Assembly: GCA_965649215.1 (NCBI GenBank)
Contig: CBFGJZ010000011.1
Location: 11,160 to 22,484, forward strand
DNA: 11,325 nt
Source: a candidate division WOR-3 bacterium
Lineage (GTDB): Bacteria; Hydrothermota; Tepidihabitantia; Tepidihabitantales; CAIPLT01
Direction: 5' to 3'
A program made the translations under genes and the position numbers. Positions 1 through 6,573 of this stretch are shown here, in pieces (position 1 is the stretch's first letter; each line of letters opens with the position of its first letter). Below the pieces are notes generated by a model. It was not told the origin of the DNA. It saw only the letters and a list, made by a program, of their open reading frames with translations, and made no database searches.

Positions 1-1
1 T

Positions 2-448
2 GAAGAAACAATTGTTAATGAAATTGTGAATGCTTGCGCCATTTTAAAAGAAAGGCATTATGGCGGCTTATTTGTAATAGAACGCCAAATTGGTCTGCGC
101 GATGTTATTGAAACCGGGACTAAAATTGAAGCACGAATTTCTGCGATGCTTTTAGTTGCAATATTTACACCCACTTCACCCTTGCATGATGGTGCTTGTA
201 TAATCAGTGGGGATCAAATTACTGCCGCAGGTTGTACTTTGCCTTTAAGTGATATAAGTGAAGACGGGAAATATTGGGGTATGCGACATCGAGCGGGCAT
301 CGGAGTTACCGTGGTAAGCGATGCAGTTTCCATAATAGTTTCAGAACGCAGTGGTCGTATCTCTTATGCTGAAAAAGGCCAAATTTTTACTGATCTCACA
401 TTAAGTGAATTAAAATATAATTTGACAAATGTTTTATTTAGAAAATAA
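2..448 (+). CDS. cdaA: Diadenylate cyclase (DisA_N/DAC domain), c-di-AMP synthase; 5'-truncated by the window edge
   Basis: The frame is open from position 2 (EETIVNEIVNACAIL...), so the GTG at 26 is probably not the true start. DAC motifs are present: GGLFVIER, IFTPTSPLHDGA (DGA at 188-196), AAGCTLPLS, GMRHRA (278-295) and IIVSERSGRIS. The N-terminal TM helices of CdaA would lie outside the window, so the subclass is inferred. Confidence 0.9.
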   Translation, partial: EETIVNEIVNACAILKERHYGGLFVIERQIGLRDVIETGTKIEARISAMLLVAIFTPTSPLHDGACIISGDQITAAGCTLPLSDISEDGKYWGMRHRAGIGVTVVSDAVSIIVSERSGRISYAEKGQIFTDLTLSELKYNLTNVLFRK

Positions 449-458
449 GGTTTAATTT

Positions 459-464
459 AAGGAG
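459..464 (+). promoter_or_regulatory. Shine-Dalgarno site for the DUF2723 gene
   Basis: AAGGAG 5 nt upstream of the ATG at 470. Confidence 0.75.
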
Positions 465-469
465 AAATT

Positions 470-3160
470 ATGAAAGAAAAATATTTAAAAATAATTATCA
501 TGATTGGGATTATCGTTGTCGTTTTGAGTGTTTATTTGTATTCAATTGCACCTACTGCATCTTTTTGGGATTGTGGTGAATTAATCGCATGTTCATATAT
601 TTTAGGTATTCCCCACCCACCGGGTACACCATTGTTTGTAATGTTAGGACGTATTTTTTCATTAATTCCGTTGGCACGAGAGATTGCGTTTCGAGTTAAT
701 TTTCTAACGGCATTTTTTGGCGCTATATCTTGTGCTTTAATTTATCTTATTGTATTTAAATTAATATCGCTTCAAAAAAGCACTCAATCACTAAGACAAA
801 GATTTTCATTTATTCCTCATATTGCAGGTATTGCTGGTGCTTTTTCACTAGCATTTGCATTTTCTTTTTGGGATAATTGTGTAGAAGCAGAAGTTTATAC
901 ACCTTGTGTTGTCGCTGCATTATTAGTACTATACTTAGCTTTAATTTGGCGGGATAAAGTTGAGCAGGGTATTGGTGATAATCGAATTGTGTTATTTGCA
1001 ATTTATTTGCTATTTTTATCAGCAGGAATACATTTTACTCCTTTAATGATTCTTTTCCCATTATTAGTTTTTGCTTTTTTAGTTGACCGTAAATCAATTC
1101 TCCAACTACATATCATCGAATTAATTGTTTTATTTTTAATAATTGTGGCGGTCGCAGGATTAGATTTAGTAGATTATTTTGTGTTATTTTTAGCTTCACC
1201 TTCTGTTGCTCTTATTCAAATATTCCATACTAATATATGGTTATTCATTGTCTTTACTATTATTTTTGCGGCTTATTTGTATTATCTCCATACAAAAAAG
1301 AAGATTGATTCTCGATATGTGTTTTGGGGTTTAGTATTTATATTTTTAGCAGGGACAGTGCAATTTTATCTTTTAGTGAGATCTAAGTTAGGTCCTTCGA
1401 TTAATGAGGTTAATCCCTCAAATTGGCGAGACTTCGTGAGCGTTCTAAAACGCGAACAATATGATCCCATGAAATTGTACCCTCGTAAAACTCAATTTTT
1501 AACAGAAAGCGATTATCGAAATTATCCTAATAGTTATCCAGCTTTTAGTTTATTGGTTGGTTATTTTGAACAAATAAAATTCTATCTTAGATATTTTCTT
1601 TGGCAGTGGGGTGGAGAACGTTATTTTGATATTTTCTTAGGTATAAAATGGCAAGCTTTGATTGGTATTTTACCAATTGTTTTGGGTTTTTGGGGAATGA
1701 TATCACACTTTCGAAAAGATCGGAAATCATGGTGGCTAATTTTCTTATGTTTCCTCGTTGCTTCGCTTGGTCTTGTCACTTATCTAAATTTAAAATATTC
1801 ACCTTCTGATCCTCGGTCTCATTTACAATTTCGAGAAGTCAGAGAGCGTGATTATTTCTTTGCTTTTTCTTATGTATTCTTTACAATTTTTATCGGGGTC
1901 GGTGTTTACGCATTCTTAAATTGGATTATTCCGAAATTAAAATTTCATAAACTATATACTATATTGCTAAGTATAATATGTATTATCCTTATGCTCTTAC
2001 CAATCCTTTTTAATTATGGTTCAGTGACACGACGTGGTAATTGGATTCCCGCCGAATATGGTTATAATATGTTGGTTTCATGTCAGGGTGAAAAAGCAAT
2101 TCTTTTTACCAATGGTGATAATGATACGTTCCCGCTATGGTTTGTTCAGGAAGTACCCAATCGTCCTGCCGGTTATGATCCTAATTTTGGTAAGAATATC
2201 GCAGTTGCAAATCTTTCTTTACTTAATACTAATTGGTATGTCAAACAACTTAAAATATGGGGTGCGCCGATATCATTTAGTTTAGAGGACATTGATCGAC
2301 TGCCACAAGGGTTAATAGGAGCTAATCGAAGAACTTTCTTACTGAAAGATATAATGATTCGTGATATTATAGCAACAAATGCTGGTATTAAACTGAAATG
2401 GCCTGAAGAATATATTTCACCAGCGCAAGATTTTATGAAAAAGGTTATGGATAATTATAAAGAGGACAAAATAGTGATTTATTTTGCAACTACAGTTGAT
2501 CGAAGGGAAAATCTTACTGATGTCGAACCTTATCTGCGTTTGGAAGGATTAGTAAATCGAGTCACAAATGTTAATTCCCCTAATCAAGTTGATGTGGCTC
2601 GTACACAAGAGTTATTTGATAATTATAAGATGAATAGTATGATGGATAAAAGGGTTATGAAAGATGACAATACAAAAGGTTTATTTATGAATTATATAGC
2701 GAGTTTTGCGGCTCTTTCTCAAGAATATCAACGGATGGGTAGACTTGATTTAGCAAAAAAGACACTAGAAAAAACTTTAGCTTTTGACATTGAACCTACA
2801 AGAAAAGTGCCAATTTACTATAATCTATCAGTTTATTCATTATTAAATCAAGATTATGACGAAGCGATAGCATATTTAGATTCAGTTTCAACAATGGGTT
2901 ATCAAGATCCAGAGTTGTTAATTCGCCGAGGTTGGATTTATCAGTCTCAAGGTAAATATTTTGATGCAGAATCAGCATATATGAAAGCGCGCATTCTTGC
3001 TCCGAATAGTCCTGAAGCAGTTCAGAGTTTGATCAGTCTATACACTGAAAATATGAAAGATACTAACAAAGCAATTTCTTTAATTGAAGAATGGTTGCGC
3101 CGAAATCCTCGTGATAATAATGCTCAACAAATGTTGTTGAATTTAAAATCACGAAAATAA
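470..3160 (+). CDS. DUF2723-domain polytopic membrane protein (TMEM260-like GT-C-fold putative protein O-glycosyltransferase) with C-terminal TPR repeats
   Basis: 896 aa. N-terminal APTASFWDCGELIA...LGIPHPPGTPLF...AFRVN...EAEVY is the DUF2723 signature, followed by many hydrophobic segments. Also REQY, REVRERDYFF and LFTNGDNDTFPLW motifs. The C-terminus has TPR-like helices (YYNLSVYSLLNQDYDEAIAYL; RRGWIYQSQGKYFDAESAYMKARILAPNSPEA). Confidence 0.85.
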   Translation: MKEKYLKIIIMIGIIVVVLSVYLYSIAPTASFWDCGELIACSYILGIPHPPGTPLFVMLGRIFSLIPLAREIAFRVNFLTAFFGAISCALIYLIVFKLISLQKSTQSLRQRFSFIPHIAGIAGAFSLAFAFSFWDNCVEAEVYTPCVVAALLVLYLALIWRDKVEQGIGDNRIVLFAIYLLFLSAGIHFTPLMILFPLLVFAFLVDRKSILQLHIIELIVLFLIIVAVAGLDLVDYFVLFLASPSVALIQIFHTNIWLFIVFTIIFAAYLYYLHTKKKIDSRYVFWGLVFIFLAGTVQFYLLVRSKLGPSINEVNPSNWRDFVSVLKREQYDPMKLYPRKTQFLTESDYRNYPNSYPAFSLLVGYFEQIKFYLRYFLWQWGGERYFDIFLGIKWQALIGILPIVLGFWGMISHFRKDRKSWWLIFLCFLVASLGLVTYLNLKYSPSDPRSHLQFREVRERDYFFAFSYVFFTIFIGVGVYAFLNWIIPKLKFHKLYTILLSIICIILMLLPILFNYGSVTRRGNWIPAEYGYNMLVSCQGEKAILFTNGDNDTFPLWFVQEVPNRPAGYDPNFGKNIAVANLSLLNTNWYVKQLKIWGAPISFSLEDIDRLPQGLIGANRRTFLLKDIMIRDIIATNAGIKLKWPEEYISPAQDFMKKVMDNYKEDKIVIYFATTVDRRENLTDVEPYLRLEGLVNRVTNVNSPNQVDVARTQELFDNYKMNSMMDKRVMKDDNTKGLFMNYIASFAALSQEYQRMGRLDLAKKTLEKTLAFDIEPTRKVPIYYNLSVYSLLNQDYDEAIAYLDSVSTMGYQDPELLIRRGWIYQSQGKYFDAESAYMKARILAPNSPEAVQSLISLYTENMKDTNKAISLIEEWLRRNPRDNNAQQMLLNLKSRK

Positions 3161-3165
3161 TATAA

Positions 3166-3195
3166 TAAAATAAAATAATATAATATAATATAATA
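3166..3195. repeat. Pentanucleotide tandem array (TAAAA)2(TAATA)4
   Basis: Read directly: TAAAA TAAAA TAATA TAATA TAATA TAATA in the intergenic gap before hypA. Confidence 0.8.
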
Positions 3196-3227
3196 TTAAT
3201 CGAATTTTCTCATAACTAAGATTTTAT

Positions 3228-3578
3228 ATGCATGAATTATCAATAACCGATAATATATTCAAACAAGTACTGAAACATGCAAAAAGTTATCAAGCTAAAA
3301 GTATAAAGAAAATAAAATTACAAATAGGAGCAGCTTCAGGAATAATTCCTGATTGTGTAAAATTTTATTTTAACATCTTAAAGGAAAAAACCATAGCAGC
3401 AAATTGTGTTTTAGAATTTGAAATCAAACCAATTATATTAAAATGTCCAAAATGCAAAAAAGAAACGGTAATAGAGATGGGAAAGAAAGAAAAATTTATT
3501 TTACCTTGTAGTTGTGATAGGGGAATAGAAATTATCCAAGGCAATGATATTACCATTGAATATATGGAGATCGAATGA
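3228..3578 (+). CDS. hypA: Hydrogenase maturation nickel metallochaperone HypA/HybF
   Basis: 116 aa. N-terminal MHELSI Ni-binding motif, IKLQIG..SGIIPDCVKFYF, Zn-site C73PKC76 plus variant C94SC96, and C-terminal IIQGNDITIEYMEIE. Confidence 0.92.
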   Translation: MHELSITDNIFKQVLKHAKSYQAKSIKKIKLQIGAASGIIPDCVKFYFNILKEKTIAANCVLEFEIKPIILKCPKCKKETVIEMGKKEKFILPCSCDRGIEIIQGNDITIEYMEIE

Positions 3579-3693
3579 TATTTCATAAGCGACCATAAAA
3601 TAAGTTATTCTATCTTACTAATATAATAAAAACAATTAAAATATAATTATAATTTCTGAGAAAAGATAATTTTAGAATATTTTAATATTGAAC

Positions 3694-3722
3694 TTGACAA
3701 TCATTTTCATAATCATTATAAT
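3694..3722 (+). promoter_or_regulatory. Sigma70-type promoter of the fur-feo cluster
   Basis: Perfect consensus TTGACA (3694-3699), 17-nt spacer, TATAAT (3717-3722), with an AT-rich tract upstream. Confidence 0.88.
3695..3721. promoter_or_regulatory. Two overlapping Fur-family operator boxes (7-1-7 inverted repeats)
   Basis: TGACAAT-C-ATTTTCA (3695-3709) and TCATAAT-C-ATTATAA (3707-3721) each match TGATAAT-N-ATTATCA at 12/14. They cover the -35 and -10 elements directly upstream of fur. Confidence 0.75.
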
Positions 3723-3727
3723 TAAAA

Positions 3728-4159
3728 ATGAAGAAAATCAAGACCTTTTTTAAGGAATACTGCCGAAAAATTGGGCTAAAAAAATCGAAACAACGTGATC
3801 GCGTAGTTGATTTGTTCTTATCCACAGAACAACACGTAAGTGCTTATAAATTATTTAATAAACTAATTAATAATAACATCCGTATTGGATATTCAACAGT
3901 ATATCGTACTTTACAATTACTAGTTGAAGCCGGCTTAGCACAAACAATCAAATTGGGAAGCGAGACTTATTATGAACATAAATATGAACATAAACATCAT
4001 GATCATTTTGTCTGCTATAATTGTGGAGCTACAATTGAATTTTCTGATTCAAAATTAGAAAATATTCAAAATAAAATTGCTAAGAAATATGATTTTACAC
4101 CACTTACCCATAATTTATTAATATATGGAGTTTGTAAAAAATGCAAAACAAAGAATTAA
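3728..4159 (+). CDS. fur: Ferric uptake regulator (Fur family)
   Basis: 143 aa. GLKKSKQR, HVSA, IGYSTVYRTLQLLVEAGL winged helix, YYE, HHDHFVCYNC, IEF...LE, and C-terminal H...GVCKKC. The ligand pattern (HHDH, IEF) and feo context favour Fur over PerR/Zur. Confidence 0.9.
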   Translation: MKKIKTFFKEYCRKIGLKKSKQRDRVVDLFLSTEQHVSAYKLFNKLINNNIRIGYSTVYRTLQLLVEAGLAQTIKLGSETYYEHKYEHKHHDHFVCYNCGATIEFSDSKLENIQNKIAKKYDFTPLTHNLLIYGVCKKCKTKN

Positions 4160-4389
4160 AAGTTTTACCTTTAACAATGTTGGAAAGTGGAGACAAAGCA
4201 ATCGTTAAAGAGATCAGAGGAGGTCGAGGTTTTATTAATAAATTGAATGCTTTAGGCATTACGCCAGGAAAAGAAATCACAAAATTAAGTGCTATGATAT
4301 TTCAAGGACCTGTTATTATTAAAATCGGTGAAAGTCAAATTGCGTTAGGATATGGAATGGCCAATAAAATTTTTGTGAGAAAGGAGTAA
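4141..4389 (+). CDS. feoA: Ferrous iron transport protein A (SH3-like FeoA)
   Basis: LTMLESGDKAIVKEIRGG...KLNALGITPG...GPVIIKIGESQIALGYGMANKIFV is typical FeoA. It overlaps the end of fur by 19 nt, with GGAG at 4127-4130. The start is slightly uncertain. Confidence 0.9.
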   Translation: MQNKELKVLPLTMLESGDKAIVKEIRGGRGFINKLNALGITPGKEITKLSAMIFQGPVIIKIGESQIALGYGMANKIFVRKE

Positions 4390-4390
4390 A

Positions 4391-4801
4391 ATGAAAATAA
4401 TTAATATTGCTGAAATTGCAATCGCAGTAGAAAATATAGATAAAGCAACTAAATTTTTTGAAAGTATATTAGATACCAAATTTAATCACACTTGGGAAAT
4501 GCCTCAAGAGAATATGCGAGTAAATGCTACACAATGTGGGAAAACTCAACTACAACTTCTCCAAACGACAAGTCCTGAAGGTGTTATTGGAAAATTTATC
4601 AAGAAGCATGGCGAGGGTATTCATCATATTGCTTTTGAAGTACAGAATTTAGAAGAAACAGTCAATGAGTTGTTAGCAAAAGGTATTGAATTTATACCTG
4701 CTAAACCAGTATTTTATTCTAAAGGAAAATATATTTTTATTCATCCGAAATACGCGCATGGTGTGCTGATTGAACTACTTGAATTTAACACAGCTATATA
4801 A
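4391..4801 (+). CDS. VOC (glyoxalase) superfamily protein, methylmalonyl-CoA epimerase-like
   Basis: 136 aa. IAIAVENIDKA, LQLLQTTSPEGVIGKFIKKHGEGIHHIAFEV, and FIHPKYAHGVLIELLE closely follow the MCE family. The SD AAGGAG (4381-4386) lies in the feoA 3' end, and the ATG is 1 nt after the feoA stop. The first metal-ligand His is replaced by Glu, so no gene symbol is given. Confidence 0.85.
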   Translation: MKIINIAEIAIAVENIDKATKFFESILDTKFNHTWEMPQENMRVNATQCGKTQLQLLQTTSPEGVIGKFIKKHGEGIHHIAFEVQNLEETVNELLAKGIEFIPAKPVFYSKGKYIFIHPKYAHGVLIELLEFNTAI

Positions 4802-4855
4802 CACAGAAGATTTTAATATCTCATTCTATTTATCATAATATAAATATTTACTTTC

Positions 4856-6565
4856 ATGTTAAAGGTTTTATTAGTCGGAAATCCTAATGTTGGAAAGAGT
4901 GTTATATTCTCTCGACTAACAGGCATTAAAGTTATCGCTTCAAATTATCCGGGGACAACAATAGGTTATTCTAAAGGATATATGAAAATAAGAAATGAAA
5001 AAGTTGAGATAATAGATGTTCCTGGTGTTTATACCTTACAACCAACATGTCAAGCTGAAGAAGTGGCGTGCAAAATACTTCTAGAAGGAGATATTATTAT
5101 AAATGTTTTAGATGCGACAAATTTAGAAAGACATCTCTATTTAACTTTACATTTATTAGAATTAAAAAAACCAATGCTTATCGTACTGAATTTATGGGAT
5201 GAAACAAAACACAAAGGTATCTATATAGATACTCAAAAACTTGAAACAATATTAGGGGTACCAGTTATAACAACATCTGCGATTAGAGGAATAGGATTGA
5301 ATGAGTTAAAGAATCGTATTCTAACTGCTAAAATTTCAAATTTTCAACCAACATCTTTAGATCCCTGGCAAGATATTGGGAATATCATTACTCAAGTGCA
5401 ATCTATTACACATCGTCACCATAAGTTTTATGAATTAGTTGATGAGTTTATGATACATCCTTTAGGTGGTATCTTTTCCGGTCTTGTAATTTTATATCTT
5501 GCATTCCGAATAATTAGATTCATAAGCGAAGGCTTAATAAATCATTTATTTGATCCATTTTTTTTAAATGTATATATTCCTTTTATTAATAAAATTTCAA
5601 GTTATTTAAAATCTGGTAGTATTTTACATAAAATTTTAATTGGTGAATTGTCTAATGACATTTTGAGTTTAAAACAAGCGATGGGGTTATTATCCACTGG
5701 AATATATGTTGAATTTGGAATAATCTTACCGTATATATTTGCCTTTTACTTAATGTTAAGTTTACTAGAGGATATCGGTTATCTTCCGAGATTAGCGATT
5801 ATTGCGGATAACATAATGCACAGAATAGGACTGCATGGTTACGCTATTATCCCTATGCTTTTAGGAATGGGTTGTAATGTACCAGGTATTTTAGCAACCC
5901 GCATTTTAGATAGCAAGCGTGAGCGTTTCATAGCGATTACTCTAATTTCAATAGCAGTCCCGTGTGCAGCACTCCAAGCAATGATAATAGGTTTAGTTGG
6001 AAGATATGGACAAATGTATGTTTTTATAGTTTATTTTACCTTGTTTATAGTATGGTTAGTTGTAGGTTTAACTTTAAATGTATTAGTTAAAGGTTTTAGT
6101 CCAGATTTGGTCATCGAGATCCCACCGTATCGAATGCCGATACTAACATTGTTAATAAAGAAAGTTTGGTTTCGCATTTATAATTTTTTATTTGAAGCAA
6201 TTCCGTATGTTTTATTTGGTATTTTAATTGTCAATTTACTATATATTTCAAACTTATTTAATTTTATATCACTGTTTACTAAACCGGTTATTACAAAATT
6301 GTGGGGGTTACCACAATCAGCAATCGTTCCAATACTTATCGGATTTATTAGAAAAGATGTTGCAGTAGCAATGTTAGGACCATTAAATCTTACTGCAAAA
6401 CAAATTGTGATAGGCAGTACTATTTTAGCTATTTTTTTCCCTTGCATCGCAACCTTTACTATGATGATTAAAGAATTAGGGATAAAAAAAATGTTTATTT
6501 CAACGGCACTTATGATAATTATATCGTTAATTGTGGGTGCGTTATTAAATATTATTATTCGATAA
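4856..6565 (+). CDS. feoB: Ferrous iron transport protein B (short FeoB)
   Basis: 569 aa. G1 GNPNVGKS, G2 NYPGTT, G3 DVPG, DATNLERHL, G4 NLWD, G5 TSA. The membrane part has LEDIGYLPRLA, GMGCNVP, VPC, EIPPYRMP and FFPCIAT. Confidence 0.95.
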   Translation: MLKVLLVGNPNVGKSVIFSRLTGIKVIASNYPGTTIGYSKGYMKIRNEKVEIIDVPGVYTLQPTCQAEEVACKILLEGDIIINVLDATNLERHLYLTLHLLELKKPMLIVLNLWDETKHKGIYIDTQKLETILGVPVITTSAIRGIGLNELKNRILTAKISNFQPTSLDPWQDIGNIITQVQSITHRHHKFYELVDEFMIHPLGGIFSGLVILYLAFRIIRFISEGLINHLFDPFFLNVYIPFINKISSYLKSGSILHKILIGELSNDILSLKQAMGLLSTGIYVEFGIILPYIFAFYLMLSLLEDIGYLPRLAIIADNIMHRIGLHGYAIIPMLLGMGCNVPGILATRILDSKRERFIAITLISIAVPCAALQAMIIGLVGRYGQMYVFIVYFTLFIVWLVVGLTLNVLVKGFSPDLVIEIPPYRMPILTLLIKKVWFRIYNFLFEAIPYVLFGILIVNLLYISNLFNFISLFTKPVITKLWGLPQSAIVPILIGFIRKDVAVAMLGPLNLTAKQIVIGSTILAIFFPCIATFTMMIKELGIKKMFISTALMIIISLIVGALLNIIIR

Positions 6566-6573
6566 AGATAATT

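Noticed and set aside
278..295. GMRHR rather than GTRHR in the diadenylate cyclase
   Set aside because: DGA and RHR are intact and this position varies among DAC proteins, so there are no grounds to call it inactive.
671..688. Sigma54-like sequence TTGGCACGAGAGATTGCG inside the DUF2723 gene
   Set aside because: GG and GC are separated by 11 nt, not the strictly required 10, and the site is intragenic.
810..1001. 63-aa minus-strand ORF
   Set aside because: Antisense shadow of the DUF2723 gene, with no recognisable motif.
2034..2285. 83-aa alternative-frame ORF
   Set aside because: Lies wholly inside the conserved NGDNDTFPLW region of the DUF2723 gene, with no RBS or motif.
2796..2978. 60-aa minus-strand ORF
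   Set aside because: Antisense to the TPR region, with no support.
3365..3586. 73-aa minus-strand ORF
   Set aside because: Antisense shadow of hypA.
4821..4850. Weak Fur-like box (TCATTCTATTTATCA) and palindrome TAAATATTTA before feoB
   Set aside because: Only 10/14 match in very AT-rich DNA and no convincing -35, so it cannot be told from background.
6178..6447. 89-aa minus-strand ORF
   Set aside because: Antisense shadow of feoB.
3161..6573. hypA-feoB block as a horizontally acquired island
   Set aside because: It looks slightly more A-rich by eye, but there is no integrase, transposase, tRNA or flanking direct repeat. A codon or k-mer comparison would be needed and could not be run.
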